NCBI GenBank assembly: GCA_963740835.1
Contig: CAVUFH010000004.1
Coordinates: 9,567 to 73,566 of the forward strand
Length of the DNA stretch: 64,000 nucleotides
Reading direction: 5' to 3'
DNA from: an uncultured Actinomycetes bacterium
GTDB lineage: Bacteria > Actinomycetota > Acidimicrobiia > IMCC26256 > PALSA-610
The notes below the pieces were generated by a model that saw nothing but the letters and a program-made list of their open reading frames with translations, ran no database searches and had not been told where the DNA came from. Made by a program: the position numbers and the translations under genes. This document shows, one piece after another, positions 1 through 10,661 of the stretch (positions are counted from its first letter, which is position 1; the number at the start of each line of letters is the position of its first letter).

Positions 1-1
1 G

Positions 2-229
2 TTCGCGGGCGTGAAGGGCGGCTACGGCAACGCGGTGATCATCGATCACGGCGGCCAGTTCGCGACGCTCTACGGGCACTCGTCCAAGCTGCTCGTCACG
101 ACCGGTCAGAAGGTCGGCGCAGGGCAGGTGATCGCGCTCGTCGGCGCCACCGGCCAGGCGACCGGCCCCCACCTCCACTTCGAGGTCCGCATCCTCGGCG
201 TCCCGGTGAACCCCGTCCCCTACATGTAA
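2..229 (+). CDS. M23 family metallopeptidase, C-terminal part (5' truncated by window edge)
   Basis: GGYGNAVIIDHG...TLYGH...GATGQATGPHLHFEVR (HxH zinc motif of M23/LytM family). Confidence 0.9.
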   Translation, partial: FAGVKGGYGNAVIIDHGGQFATLYGHSSKLLVTTGQKVGAGQVIALVGATGQATGPHLHFEVRILGVPVNPVPYM

Positions 230-232
230 CGC

Positions 233-1123
233 TCAGGTCTGGAGGGGGAGGATCTCGGCTGCTCCGGCCGCGAGCTCGTCGTCCCAGTCCTTGGGTTCGG
301 CGAACGGCACCAGCACCAGCTTCGAGAATCCGACCTCGATGAATCGCTCGCAGTGTTCGCGCACCGCCGGCCAACCGCGCGCGACGAGGTCGCTCGGGTC
401 GACCTCGGGGTTGCGCGACGCGAGGACCTTCACCAACGCGTCGGGCAGCTCTTCGTGCGTGTAGAAGACCATGACGCCGAAGTGCTCGCGATCGATCTCT
501 CGACCCGCACCCGCCGCCGCATCTTCGATGATCGGTCGCGCGGCCGCGCACTGCTCGGGCGTCGCGAACGACGCGAGCCAGCCGTCACCCAACCGGCCGA
601 CGCGCTTCAGCTCCGACGGCGCCTTGCCGCCGAGCCACACGTCGAGCGGGTGGGCCGGCTTCGGCAGCACGCTCATGCCCGTGTAGTGGAACCACGTGCC
701 GTCGTGGTCCACGGAGTCCTCGGACCACAGCCGGCGCAGCAGCGGGAGGGCCTCGTCGAAGATCGAGGCACGGTCACCGCGGGCGACACCGAACGCCTGT
801 TGCTCGACCGGATGCACGATGCCTAACCCGAAGGCGGGGAGCGCGCGCCCGCCCGAGAGCACGTCCAGCGTCGCCCACTCCTTGGCGACGAGCGCGGGGC
901 TGCGTCCGGGCAGCACGGACACGCTGGTGCCGAGCTTGATCTTCTGCGTGCGCGCGGCTGCGAAGGTGAGACCGAGCACCGGATCGGGTGCCGGCCCGCT
1001 GATCCGTTCCGACAGCCAGAGCGAGTCGAAGCCGCGACGTTCCATGCCCTCGGCCAACGCGCCCAGGCGTTCGCCGTCGAGCGGCCGGATGTTGCCGAGC
1101 CCGTAGCCGACGCGGACCTTCAT
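233..1123 (-). CDS. LLM class flavin/F420-dependent oxidoreductase
   Basis: GFDSLWLSER, AAARTQKIKLGTSVSVLP, VWLGG..., GRLGDGWL motifs of luciferase-like monooxygenases. Confidence 0.88.
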   Translation of the reverse strand: MKVRVGYGLGNIRPLDGERLGALAEGMERRGFDSLWLSERISGPAPDPVLGLTFAAARTQKIKLGTSVSVLPGRSPALVAKEWATLDVLSGGRALPAFGLGIVHPVEQQAFGVARGDRASIFDEALPLLRRLWSEDSVDHDGTWFHYTGMSVLPKPAHPLDVWLGGKAPSELKRVGRLGDGWLASFATPEQCAAARPIIEDAAAGAGREIDREHFGVMVFYTHEELPDALVKVLASRNPEVDPSDLVARGWPAVREHCERFIEVGFSKLVLVPFAEPKDWDDELAAGAAEILPLQT

Positions 1124-1139
1124 GCGCCCTCCTCCGGCA

Positions 1140-2363
1140 TCAGAAGCCCTCGGGCCGGAGGTGCGCGTACTTCCCGAGCTCGCTGCGGGCGATCTGCCGC
1201 ATGTGGACCTCGTCCGGCCCGTCGACGAGGTGCAGCGTCCGAGCGTGCGCGTACATCTCCGCGAGTGGCCAGTCGTCGGTGACGCCGGCCCCGCCGAACA
1301 GCTGGATCGCGCGATCGATCACTGTGGTCGCGACCCGAGCCGCGACCACCTTGATCGCCGCGATCTCGGTGCGGGCCTGCTTCTTGCCGACCGTGTCCAT
1401 CATCCACGCCGTCTTCAGCGTGAGCAGGCGCGCCTGTTCGATCTCGATGCGGGACTCCGCGATGCGCTCCCGCACCACGCCCTGGTCGGCGAGGGGCTGG
1501 CCGAAGGCGACACGCGTCTGGGCGCGCGCACACATCAGTTCGAGTGCGCGTTCGGCCAAACCGATCGCGCGCATGCAGTGATGGATGCGACCGGGACCCA
1601 GGCGTGCCTGCGCGATGGCGAATCCACTGCCCTCTTCGCCGAGCAGGTACTCCTTCGGCACACGGACGTTTTCCCAAATCGTCTCGGCGTGACCGCCGCC
1701 TTCGGAGTGGCCGAACACGGTGAGGCCTCGGGCGACCGTCACGCCCGGCGCGTCCATCGGCACCAGGATCATCGACTGGCGGTGGTAGGGATCCGCGCCG
1801 GGGTCGGTGACGCCCATGAAGATCGCGACCTTGCAGCGAGGGTCGAGCGCGCCGCTCGTGAACCACTTGTGACCCTGGATCACGTAGTCGTCGCCGTCGC
1901 GGGTGATACGCGACGAGATGTTCAGCGCGTCCGACGACGCGACCCACGGCTCGGTCATCGCGAAGCAGGAACGAATCTCGCCGTTGAGCAGCGGCTGCAG
2001 CCACTGGTCCTGCTGCAACGGCGTGCCGAACTGGGCGAGGATCTCCATGTTCCCGGTGTCGGGCGCCGAGCAGTTGGTGGCTTCCGACAGCAGGGGCGAG
2101 CTGCCCATGACCTCGCACAGCGGTGCGTAGTCGAGGTTCGAGAGGTGGACGCCGTACTCGCCTTCCGGCATGAACATGTTCCACAGGCCGCGCTTGCGCG
2201 CCTCGGTCTTCAGCTCTTCCATCACCGGCGGCGGGAAGCTCGGGTCGCCCGCTGCCTCGCGCTGCGCGGTGTAGATGGGCAGAGCCGGGCGCACGATGTT
2301 CTCGTCGAACTCGACCAGCTCGGCGCGGAGCGCATCGGAACGCGCGCTCGGTGCGAAGTCCAT
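1140..2363 (-). CDS. Acyl-CoA dehydrogenase (ACAD10/11-like)
   Basis: [50 protein letters not shown] motifs. Confidence 0.95.
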   Translation of the reverse strand: MDFAPSARSDALRAELVEFDENIVRPALPIYTAQREAAGDPSFPPPVMEELKTEARKRGLWNMFMPEGEYGVHLSNLDYAPLCEVMGSSPLLSEATNCSAPDTGNMEILAQFGTPLQQDQWLQPLLNGEIRSCFAMTEPWVASSDALNISSRITRDGDDYVIQGHKWFTSGALDPRCKVAIFMGVTDPGADPYHRQSMILVPMDAPGVTVARGLTVFGHSEGGGHAETIWENVRVPKEYLLGEEGSGFAIAQARLGPGRIHHCMRAIGLAERALELMCARAQTRVAFGQPLADQGVVRERIAESRIEIEQARLLTLKTAWMMDTVGKKQARTEIAAIKVVAARVATTVIDRAIQLFGGAGVTDDWPLAEMYAHARTLHLVDGPDEVHMRQIARSELGKYAHLRPEGF

Positions 2364-2415
2364 GTGATCTCCTCGGTCGGGTGTTTACCGTCCGCCGCTC
2401 GGTTCGGACCCTACT

Positions 2416-3636
2416 GTGCTGCCCGTGACGGGCACACCAGGCGCGAGCGCGCCGCTCACGGGAACACGCGTGCTGGAGCTCGGCGCGTTCATCGCGGGGC
2501 CGTTCGCGGGCCAGGTGCTGGGTGACCTCGGCGCCGAGGTGATCAAGATCGAGCCGCCCGAGGTCGGCGACATCATGCGGCGGTACGGCGTGCGGGTCGA
2601 CGGTCGCAGCTTGTGGTGGCCGGCGATCGCGCGCAACAAGCGGTCGGTCGCGATCGATCTGCGTGAACCGCGCGGGCAGGAAACCGCGCGCCGCATCGCC
2701 GCCGGTTGCGACGTGGTGCTCGAGAACTTCCGCCCCGGCACACTCGCGCGCTGGGGCATGACGTACGACGCACTCGCCGTCGCAAACCCGGGGATCGTGC
2801 TCGTGCACGTGTCCGGCTTCGGACAGACCGGCCCGCGCGCGTCCGAGCCCGGATTCGGTTCCATCGGTGAGGCCATGGGCGGCATTCGCCACACCACCGG
2901 TGACCCCGATCGGCCGCCCGCGCGCACCGGTGTCTCGATCGGGGACTCGACGGCCGGGCTGTTCGCCGTGATAGGGACGCTCGCCGCGCTCCAGGAGCGG
3001 CAGCGGAGCGGGCGGGGGCAGGAGATCGACGTCGCGATCTACGAAGCCGTTCTCGCGCTCATGGAGTCGACCGTTGCCGACTACGAGATCGGCGGCGTCG
3101 TCCGGGGCCGCAGCGGGGGCATCCTCCCCGACGTCGCGCCTTCGAACGCGTATCCGACCGCCGACGACCACGACGTCGTGATCGCCGCGAACGCCGATGC
3201 GGTGTTCGCGCGGCTCGCCGAAGCGATGGAACGGCCGGATCTTGCGACCGCGTTCGCCTCACACGAGGCGCGCGCCGCACGTCAGCACGAGCTCGACGAC
3301 GAGATCGCGCGTTGGACGCGCACCCGATCGGCACCCGACCTGCTGGCGACCCTGCAAGTGCACGAGGTGCCCGTCGGTCTGATCAACCGCGCGCCTGACT
3401 TGCTGCTGGATCCGCACATCGCGGCACGCGACATGATCGTGCGCCTGGCCGCGGGGTTCGCGGAGCCGGTGCCGATGGCGAACGTCGTGCCCAAGTTCTC
3501 ACGGACGCCTGGCGCGATCCGCCATGGCGGCCCGGAACTTGGTGCCGACACCGAGGCGGTCCTGCGCGATGTCGCCGGTTGCTCGCCGGCGGAGATCGCA
3601 GCGCTACGAGACGCCGGCGTGGTCGGCCGCGGGTAG
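2416..3636 (+). CDS. CaiB/BaiF family (class III) CoA transferase
   Basis: PLTGTRVLELGAFIAGPFAG..LGDLGAEVIKIEPP, RNKRS, ENFRPG, SGFGQTGP. Confidence 0.93.
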   Translation: MLPVTGTPGASAPLTGTRVLELGAFIAGPFAGQVLGDLGAEVIKIEPPEVGDIMRRYGVRVDGRSLWWPAIARNKRSVAIDLREPRGQETARRIAAGCDVVLENFRPGTLARWGMTYDALAVANPGIVLVHVSGFGQTGPRASEPGFGSIGEAMGGIRHTTGDPDRPPARTGVSIGDSTAGLFAVIGTLAALQERQRSGRGQEIDVAIYEAVLALMESTVADYEIGGVVRGRSGGILPDVAPSNAYPTADDHDVVIAANADAVFARLAEAMERPDLATAFASHEARAARQHELDDEIARWTRTRSAPDLLATLQVHEVPVGLINRAPDLLLDPHIAARDMIVRLAAGFAEPVPMANVVPKFSRTPGAIRHGGPELGADTEAVLRDVAGCSPAEIAALRDAGVVGRG

Positions 3637-4152
3637 CCCTTCGAAGAACTCGACGTTCGGCAGTTCCTTCGACACCGGCGGGCGCGCCTGCGCGAGCAGC
3701 GCGAGCGCCTCCTTCCGGTTCTCCTCGCCGAGCACCTTCGTCGTGGTGCAGAACTCGACCATGATCCCGCTCGGGTCGTTCGCGTAGATCGACGTGCACC
3801 AGCCGTGGTCGATGCGCGCCACATCGTGACCGTTGGCGACGAGCCGGTCCTTGCGCGCATCGAGCTCGTCGAGATCGCTCGCGCCGAACGCAATGTGGTT
3901 CACGAAGTTCGGCAGCCCGAGGCCGGTCGAGATCGCGGGATCGAAGTCGCCGAGCGCGCCGTCTTCGTCGTGCAGATCCCACAGCGCGAGGAGCTCGCCG
4001 TTGCCAGTGTCGTAGAAGAGGTGACGCGCCCAACCCGATTCGAGGAAGGGGATGACGTCGACCTGCACCAGCTCGAAGCCCATCGCCTCGGTGTAGAAGC
4101 GGTGGCTCGCATCGAGGTCACGGGTCGCGATCGCAACGTGGTGGAATGCCAT
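3604..4152 (-). CDS. VOC/glyoxalase family protein
   Basis: FHHVAIATRDL..SHRFY, NHIAF, SIYANDPSGIMVEF. Confidence 0.85.
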   Translation of the reverse strand: MAFHHVAIATRDLDASHRFYTEAMGFELVQVDVIPFLESGWARHLFYDTGNGELLALWDLHDEDGALGDFDPAISTGLGLPNFVNHIAFGASDLDELDARKDRLVANGHDVARIDHGWCTSIYANDPSGIMVEFCTTTKVLGEENRKEALALLAQARPPVSKELPNVEFFEGLPAADHAGVS

Positions 4153-4179
4153 CCCGAAAGTCTGCCACGTTGGGGGCCG

Positions 4180-4791
4180 ATGGATTCTTTCTCCGAGCTA
4201 CTCGGTCCCACCACGGTGGATCTCGACCCGATCGCCCAGTTCCGGCACTGGTACGAAGAAGCGATCACCGCGGGGGTGCGGCAGCCGGAGGCGATGACGC
4301 TCGCGACGGCGGGAGCCGGTGGCGCGCCCGACGCGCGCACGGTGCTCCTGCGCGGCCTCGACGAGCGTGGGTTCGCGTTCTACACGAATCTCGAGAGCGC
4401 CAAGGCCGAGCAGCTGGCCGCCAACTCGCGTGCCGCGCTCGTGTTCCACTGGCGCGAGGTCGAGCGCCAGGTGCGCGTGCACGGCCGCGTCGCTCGGCTT
4501 TCGGAGGACGACGCGACGAGGTACTGGGAGACGCGGCCGCGCGGCCATCGGCTGAGTGCGTGGGCGTCACCGCAGAGCGAAGTCGTCGACGCAGAATCGC
4601 TCGCAGCGCGGGTTGCCGAGGTGGAGGCGAAGTTCGCGACCACCGATCCGCCGCTCCCACCGTTCTGGGGCGGCTATGTGGTCGGTGTCGAGGTTCTCGA
4701 ACTCTGGCAGGGCCGCAAGGATCGGTTGCACGACCGCGTCCGGTACCGCAAAGCGAAAGGCGTCTGGATTCGCGAGCGGCTGGCACCGTGA
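4180..4791 (+). CDS. pdxH: Pyridoxamine 5'-phosphate oxidase
   Basis: DPIAQFRHW, PEAMTLAT, ARTVLLRG, FYTNLESAK, RQVRVHG, WASPQS, WGGY, ELWQGR..RLHDR, RLAP; ATG at 4180 inside ORF 3805..4791. Confidence 0.95.
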   Translation: MDSFSELLGPTTVDLDPIAQFRHWYEEAITAGVRQPEAMTLATAGAGGAPDARTVLLRGLDERGFAFYTNLESAKAEQLAANSRAALVFHWREVERQVRVHGRVARLSEDDATRYWETRPRGHRLSAWASPQSEVVDAESLAARVAEVEAKFATTDPPLPPFWGGYVVGVEVLELWQGRKDRLHDRVRYRKAKGVWIRERLAP

Positions 4792-5432
4792 ACGCGACCG
4801 CGGGCGTGGCACTGGCCGTCACGATCCTGTTCGCACTCGGCGATTGGTGGAGCAAGGCGCGCGGCGATCGCCGCCTCGAGTACCTCTGCAAGCCCGCGAC
4901 ACTCGTGGCGCTGATCGTCGTCGCGGTCGCGCTCAACCCCGCAATAGGTGCCGGTGACCGCCGCGCGTGGTTCGTCGCCGCGCTCGCATTCTCCCTCGCG
5001 GGCGACGTGTTCCTCATGCTGCCGCGTGACGCGTTCGTTCCCGGACTCGCCGCGTTCCTCGTCGCGCACGTGTGCTACGTGATCGGCTTCTGGACCGACC
5101 CACCGAGCACCGTCGCGCTGTTGCTCGGATGGGCAGTCGTCGTGATCGCGGTCGCGCCGATCGCGATCCGCGTCCTGCACACGCTCGAGCACGAGCCGGA
5201 ACTGCGACCGCCCGTCGCGGTGTACATGGTCGTCATCTCGGCGATGGTCGCCTCCGCGATCGCGTCGGGGAACGTCGTCGCCGCGGCCGGCGCAGTGCTC
5301 TTCGCCGGATCCGACAGCCTCATCGCGTGGGATCGCTTCGTGCGTCCGCTCGCGTGGGCGACGGTGGTGATCATGGTGACGTATCACGTCGGCCAGATCC
5401 TGCTGACGCTCTCACTCCTGAAGTCGGGATAG
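4788..5432 (+). CDS. YhhN-like / lysoplasmalogenase membrane protein
   Basis: KPATL, FSLAGDVFL, GLAAFLVAH, GAVLFAGSDSLIA, IMVTYH; GTG at 4788 overlaps pdxH stop (GTGA). Confidence 0.88.
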   Translation: MNATAGVALAVTILFALGDWWSKARGDRRLEYLCKPATLVALIVVAVALNPAIGAGDRRAWFVAALAFSLAGDVFLMLPRDAFVPGLAAFLVAHVCYVIGFWTDPPSTVALLLGWAVVVIAVAPIAIRVLHTLEHEPELRPPVAVYMVVISAMVASAIASGNVVAAAGAVLFAGSDSLIAWDRFVRPLAWATVVIMVTYHVGQILLTLSLLKSG

Positions 5433-5960
5433 CGGTTCGCGCGCCTTCCGTACTGTCTCGGCCTGCCACGGGCTCTCCGGCCAGCCGCGGCGGCCGCGGC
5501 CGACCGCGACGCGGTGGAGGTAGTCGACGACGACTTCGGGATCGTGACCGAGGCGCACCAACGCCACACCCACGACGGTGCCCGTCCGGCCCCGGCCACC
5601 CATGCAGTGGACCGCGACGCCGACGCCGCGCCGAACCCGGTCGACGACATCGGCTGCGGCCCGCTCGACGACGGTCCGTTCGCGTTCCGGGTCGGCAGGG
5701 GGCCCGCCGCTCACGAGATCGTGCAACCGGAAGGCGGTCGCGGTGCAGGGCGACGCGTCGTAGGGCACCGCATCGTGGGTGAGGCACACGACGTGACCGA
5801 CGCCTTCCTCGTGCAACTGCGCCCAATCGGCCCGACCCGGGTAGGCCATGCCGACGATCACGACCGGCGTCCGGCTCACCCAGTAGAGGTCGTCCGGGAC
5901 GCACAGCGCGCCGAGGAACCCGGTGTACGCGCCGGGCGGGAGCAGACGCGGCGGTGTCAC
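5412..5960 (-). CDS. Dual-specificity / protein-tyrosine phosphatase family protein
   Basis: Catalytic CX5R loop VHCMGGRGRTG; GTG start at 5960 overlaps upstream stop; C-terminal part of ORF 5412..6728. Confidence 0.82.
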   Translation of the reverse strand: MTPPRLLPPGAYTGFLGALCVPDDLYWVSRTPVVIVGMAYPGRADWAQLHEEGVGHVVCLTHDAVPYDASPCTATAFRLHDLVSGGPPADPERERTVVERAAADVVDRVRRGVGVAVHCMGGRGRTGTVVGVALVRLGHDPEVVVDYLHRVAVGRGRRGWPESPWQAETVRKAREPLSRLQE

Positions 5961-6865
5961 TGAGCGCAGGCGATGGTGAACGACGCGCGGAAGCGGTCCC
6001 CGGGCTCGCACACCGGTGCATCGTCGTCGCCGAGCGCGTTGATGCGCGCGGTCATCGGCTCGATCGCCATGAAATCGCGGCGCGGCGGCACGTAGAGCTG
6101 GCCGAACGGGTAGTCCCGGTCGAAGGTGAGTTGAAGTGTGCGTCCGGCGGCCTCGACCGAGAACGTGCGATCGGCACCGAGCGCGTAGTGATCGTCGAAC
6201 GTACGCGGTCCGATCGGCGCGCGCGCCGCGGCCTGCGGAGTGCGGACGCCGGTCGGGATGATGTGCTCGTCGACCTCGATGTGTTCGCACTTCGGCCAGC
6301 GCACCACCCAGTCCCGGCGGGCGCCGGCGGGCATGCGCAGGTATGGGTGCCAGCAGAACGAGATCGGTACCGCGCGATCTGCCGTCGGCGCCACCTCGGT
6401 GGTCAGCCGGAGCCCGCGCTCGTCGAGGCGGGCGTCGACCGCGACGCGATGCGGAAACGGGAAGGCGCGTAGCCGGTCCTTGCTCGCGCCGTAGTCGAAC
6501 TCGGCGAGCAAGCGGCCCGGCTCGAGCCGGGTGATGCCGAACGCGGCACCGAGCAGATTGCCGTGGATCGGCAAGCTGTTGTCGTCGACCGGAAGTTCGA
6601 GCCCCCGCAGATCGACGCGTCGCCCCGCGGCCCGATATCCCCAGCGGCCGAGTCGGTTTCCCCACGGGTGCACGAGGGGGAGCGCGGTCATCGCGCCGGC
6701 GCGGAACGCGTCGAGCGTCCGTGGCCACGCGACGTACTCCTCGCCGCGGTACCGCAATGACGTGCCGAGCATGCCGGCGGTCGGCAGGAACGTCGCTTCG
6801 TAGTCGGCGGCGCGCAGCGTGACCGCCGGTGCACCCTTCCAGACGTGCAGCTCGACGGCGGTCAC
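5957..6865 (-). CDS. Aldose 1-epimerase (galactose mutarotase-like) family protein
   Basis: LVHPWGNRL, PIHG, FPFPH, WHPYL, FDDHY, AIEPMTA; GTG at 6865. Confidence 0.88.
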   Translation of the reverse strand: MTAVELHVWKGAPAVTLRAADYEATFLPTAGMLGTSLRYRGEEYVAWPRTLDAFRAGAMTALPLVHPWGNRLGRWGYRAAGRRVDLRGLELPVDDNSLPIHGNLLGAAFGITRLEPGRLLAEFDYGASKDRLRAFPFPHRVAVDARLDERGLRLTTEVAPTADRAVPISFCWHPYLRMPAGARRDWVVRWPKCEHIEVDEHIIPTGVRTPQAAARAPIGPRTFDDHYALGADRTFSVEAAGRTLQLTFDRDYPFGQLYVPPRRDFMAIEPMTARINALGDDDAPVCEPGDRFRASFTIACAQ

Positions 6866-6867
6866 GC

Positions 6868-7764
6868 TTACTGATTCGGCTTCTCGCCGCTCTTCGCTGC
6901 GCTCTCCATCTCCTTCAGCCGGTCGAGGATCGGCATCGGTTCCTGGCCGACCTCGTCGAAGCGGGCCGCGAGCTGGTCGACGGTCCAGCGACCATCGTTG
7001 CGGATCTCGCGCACCTCGACCGGCTGGTTCCACACCGCGACGCGGCCGTCGTTCACCGTGTACACCTGACCGGTGACTTCGCGCGCGTGCTCGGACAGGA
7101 GGAAGCAGACCATCGGCGCGATGTCCTCGGGTTCACCCATCTCGATGCCGAACGGCACGTTGCCCGACATGCGCGACTTCGCGACCGGTGCGATGCAGTT
7201 CGCCGTCACGCCATACTTGTACATGCCGGCTGCGGCGCTGCGGACGAGCGAGACGATGCCGCCCTTCGCCGCCGAGTAGTTCGCCTGCGCGACGCTTGCC
7301 GCGAACGCCCCCGACGTGAAGCCGATCAGCGTGCCGCTCTTCTGCTGGCGGAACGCCGCGGCCGCGGCGCGGAACACCGTGAACGTGCCCTTGAGGTGGG
7401 TCTCGATGACGGGATCCCACTCCTCCTCGGACATGTTGAACAGCATGCGCTCCCGCAGGATGCCGGCGACACAGACGACACCGTCGATGTGTCCGAACGT
7501 GTCGACGGCCTGCTGCACGATCGACGCGCCGCCTTCCATCGTCGTGACCGACTGCGCGTTCGCCGCGGCCCGGCCACCGGCGTCGGTGATCTCCTTGACG
7601 ACGGCGTCGGCGACCTCGCTCGTCGGCTCGTTGCCGTCGATGCTCACGCCGTAGTCGTTGACGATCACCGAGCCGCCCTCGGCTGCCGCGCCCATGGCGA
7701 CGGCGCGCCCGATACCGCGCCCGGCACCGGTGACCGCGATGACCTTGCCGTCCAATGCACCCAC
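6868..7764 (-). CDS. SDR family oxidoreductase
   Basis: VTGAGRGIG, AGILRERM, NYSAAKGG; start GTG 7764 (ORF extends to 7833). Confidence 0.92.
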   Translation of the reverse strand: MGALDGKVIAVTGAGRGIGRAVAMGAAAEGGSVIVNDYGVSIDGNEPTSEVADAVVKEITDAGGRAAANAQSVTTMEGGASIVQQAVDTFGHIDGVVCVAGILRERMLFNMSEEEWDPVIETHLKGTFTVFRAAAAAFRQQKSGTLIGFTSGAFAASVAQANYSAAKGGIVSLVRSAAAGMYKYGVTANCIAPVAKSRMSGNVPFGIEMGEPEDIAPMVCFLLSEHAREVTGQVYTVNDGRVAVWNQPVEVREIRNDGRWTVDQLAARFDEVGQEPMPILDRLKEMESAAKSGEKPNQ

Positions 7765-7831
7765 GTCACGACCTCCGACGAAATTCTCTTGGGGGTTTCT
7801 CGGCGGCGGAACGCTAGTAGCTTCGACGGTC

Positions 7832-8179
7832 ATGCGACCTGCTGGAGTGCATCACGTCTCCATCTGCGTCAGCGATGCGGACGCGGCGCGGGACTTCTAC
7901 TGCGACATCCTCGGGTGTACGCCGCTGCCCCGGCCCGATTTCGGCCCCGGCCACTGGCTGGACGCGGGCGGCCAGCAGGTGCACCTGATGCAGTCGGACG
8001 ATGCGCCGCCACGCAGCAACCATTTCGCGTTCCGCGTCGAGGACCTCGACGCCACCGTCGCCGAGCTCAAGGACAAGGGCGTCGAGGTCCATCCGATCCC
8101 GCACATCGACGGCGCCGGTCGCCAGGCATTCCTCCACGACCCGTTCGGCAACTTCCTCGAGCTCAACCAACCCGACTGA
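7832..8179 (+). CDS. VOC/glyoxalase family protein
   Basis: HHVSICVSD..AARDFY, HFAFRVEDL, FLHDPFGNFLEL. Confidence 0.87.
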   Translation: MRPAGVHHVSICVSDADAARDFYCDILGCTPLPRPDFGPGHWLDAGGQQVHLMQSDDAPPRSNHFAFRVEDLDATVAELKDKGVEVHPIPHIDGAGRQAFLHDPFGNFLELNQPD

Positions 8180-8196
8180 CGCGAATCAGCAGCACC

Positions 8197-8733
8197 TCAG
8201 CCGGGCCAGCTGTATGCGAGGAACATCTTGCCGCTCCATTCGGGCGGCAGGTCGTGGTCCTTCTCGGCGTTGTGCCACACCTCGTACGGCACGTCGCGAT
8301 CGGGACGGCGGACGAAACCGAGGCGCGCGTACAGCCGTTGCGCGGCGTCGAGCCACTGTGTCGTGTGGATCAGCACCGGACGTGCGCCCGCCCGAGTGAG
8401 GCACGCGCGCACCAAGGCCTCACCGATGCCGCGTCCACGAGTCTCGGGGTCGACCGCGAGCAGCCGGAACTGCACTTCGCCGGGCTCGGTCCACTCGAGC
8501 CACGGTGACGTCGGATCGGTGACGAGCGTCACCGCACCGAGCACCGCGTCATCCGCTTCGTCGATGGCAACCAGGACGTCCGCGGCCGCGACGCGGCCGG
8601 CGACGTCGCGGATCTCGCCCGCGTAGCCACCCCAGAGGTGGTCGACGGGCAGCGCGGCGTACGCCGCGATCGTCAGCTCGCCCACCCGGCCGTACTCGCG
8701 CGGTTCCGCATTCCGGATCCTGATCGCGCTCAC
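8197..8733 (-). CDS. GNAT family N-acetyltransferase
   Basis: LAVDPETRGRGIGEALV and AQRLYARLGF acetyl-CoA motifs; GTG start overlaps upstream stop. Confidence 0.88.
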   Translation of the reverse strand: MSAIRIRNAEPREYGRVGELTIAAYAALPVDHLWGGYAGEIRDVAGRVAAADVLVAIDEADDAVLGAVTLVTDPTSPWLEWTEPGEVQFRLLAVDPETRGRGIGEALVRACLTRAGARPVLIHTTQWLDAAQRLYARLGFVRRPDRDVPYEVWHNAEKDHDLPPEWSGKMFLAYSWPG

Positions 8734-9512
8734 ATCGTTCCTTCGAGCCGGCCCGCTTCGACGATCGAACGGAGGAACATCTGGGTGCGGTGCTTCTCCG
8801 GGTGTCGGAAGATCTGATCGGGCGTACCGCGCTCTTCGATGCGTCCTTCCCACAGGAACAGGACCTGATTCGCGACATCGCGCGCGAACCCCATCTCGTG
8901 CGTCGCGATGATCATCGTCATGCCTTCACGCGCGAGCTCGCGCACGAGCGCGAGCACCTCGGACACGAGCTCCGGGTCGAGTGCGCTCGTGATCTCATCG
9001 AGCAGCATCACGCGCGGCTGCATCGCGAGCGCGCGCACGATCGCGACACGCTGCTGCTGTCCGCCGGAGAGCCGGTCGGGGTACTCGTTGCGCTTGTCCC
9101 ACAGGCCGATGCGGAAGAGCAGGTCGTGGGCGCGCTCCTGCGCATCGGCGGGCCTGAGCCCGAGCACCTTCCGCGGCGCGAGCGTCACGTTCTCGATGAC
9201 CGACATGTGGGGGAAGAGGTTGAAGCTCTGGAAGACGATGCCGACGTCCTGGCGGAGCGCGTTCACGTCGACACCCCGGCCGGAGACGCGGTGGCCGTCG
9301 ATCCGGACTTCGCCGCCCTGGATCGGTTCGAGCCCGTTGACGCAGCGGAGAAGGGTCGACTTCCCGCAGCCGGACGGCCCGATCAGGCACACGACTTCGT
9401 GCTCGTCCACCGTGAGGTCGACGCCCTTCAGCACCTCGTTCGCACCGAAGCGCTTGTGGATGTCGACCAGCTCGATGAACGCGGTCCCTGCGCCTGCAGT
9501 CTCCGTCGTCAC
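8730..9512 (-). CDS. Polar amino acid ABC transporter ATP-binding protein (GlnQ-like)
   Basis: Walker A GPSGCGKST, FQSFNLFPH, LSGGQQQR, LLDE..SALDPE, THEMGFA. Confidence 0.95.
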   Translation of the reverse strand: MTTETAGAGTAFIELVDIHKRFGANEVLKGVDLTVDEHEVVCLIGPSGCGKSTLLRCVNGLEPIQGGEVRIDGHRVSGRGVDVNALRQDVGIVFQSFNLFPHMSVIENVTLAPRKVLGLRPADAQERAHDLLFRIGLWDKRNEYPDRLSGGQQQRVAIVRALAMQPRVMLLDEITSALDPELVSEVLALVRELAREGMTMIIATHEMGFARDVANQVLFLWEGRIEERGTPDQIFRHPEKHRTQMFLRSIVEAGRLEGTM

Positions 9513-10633
9513 TGCGCTTGCAGCTTTCGCTGGTCGCGTTTGATCAAGTAGTCGACGATGCGCGTGCACGGGATCGTGACGACGAGGAAGAACAGCGCGG
9601 CACCGGTGACGGGGGAGAGGTTGAAGTACTTGTTCTTCAGCAGCTGCGCGTTGTTCAGCACCTCGGTGACGCCGACGATCGAAACGAGCGCAGTGTCCTT
9701 CTGCAACGCGACGAAGTCGTTCAGCAGCGGTGGGATGATCCGGCGCACGGCCTGCGGGATCACGACGTGGCGCAACGTCTGCCACTGCGAGAGCCCGAGC
9801 GAACGGGCCGCGGCCACCTGGCTCCAGTGGATGCTCTCGAGGCCGGCCCGGTACACCTCGGCGACGTACGCGCCGTACACGAGCACGAGCGCGAGCACCG
9901 ACAGCCAGAACAGCTGGGCGTCACGCGACAGGCTGTCGAACGGCGGGACACCCGCGAGCCCGAAGCCGAGCACGATGAGGTAGATGACGATGATCGCGGG
10001 CACGCCACGGAACACGTCCGTGTAGGCGATCGCCAGCGTGCGCACGGGTGCGAACGCGCGGCCGGGGAGCTGGCGCACGACTGCGACGAGCAACGCCCAG
10101 ATCAGCACGAGGATCTGCGAGACGATGAAGAGCTTGACGTTGTACCAGAAGCCTCGGATCAGGGCGGTGCGGCTGCGCCAGATGAGATCGAAGTTGAACA
10201 GCACTTCGCGCACACGCCCGCCGTTCGCGCCGAGCAGGAACGCGCAGAACGCGACGATGAGGGCCATGAGCCCGAACCCGCCGACGAACCACAGGTCGTC
10301 GCGTGAATCCTCCATCGCGATGCGCGAGTCGGGGATGGCGCCGGCCCGCGCGTGTTCCTTGGCGCGGAGCATGCGCGCGATCGCGCGGAACGCATAGAAC
10401 GGAACGGTCAGCGTCGCGGTCGCGAGCGCGAACTCGACGACGCGGGCGACGACGAGGCCGGTGCCTTCGACGTGGAGCGTACGGTCCAGGTACCAGAGCT
10501 GGGACCACGTGAAGATGGTGATCGCGATTGCGACGATCCCACCGATGATCGACGGGATCGCGTTGGGCCGGAACGCAGGCACCGCCCGGCGCGCTTCGCC
10601 GGGCGGTGCCTGATCGAGCAGGGGTCTGCTCAC
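9509..10633 (-). CDS. Amino acid ABC transporter permease with N-terminal membrane extension
   Basis: YTDVFRGVP, AYVAEVYRAG, AARSLGLS, PQAVRRIIPPL, KDTALVS (HisM/GlnP family). Confidence 0.92.
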   Translation of the reverse strand: MSRPLLDQAPPGEARRAVPAFRPNAIPSIIGGIVAIAITIFTWSQLWYLDRTLHVEGTGLVVARVVEFALATATLTVPFYAFRAIARMLRAKEHARAGAIPDSRIAMEDSRDDLWFVGGFGLMALIVAFCAFLLGANGGRVREVLFNFDLIWRSRTALIRGFWYNVKLFIVSQILVLIWALLVAVVRQLPGRAFAPVRTLAIAYTDVFRGVPAIIVIYLIVLGFGLAGVPPFDSLSRDAQLFWLSVLALVLVYGAYVAEVYRAGLESIHWSQVAAARSLGLSQWQTLRHVVIPQAVRRIIPPLLNDFVALQKDTALVSIVGVTEVLNNAQLLKNKYFNLSPVTGAALFFLVVTIPCTRIVDYLIKRDQRKLQAQ

Positions 10634-10661
10634 GTCGTCGCTTCGTGGAGACGACCGGGCG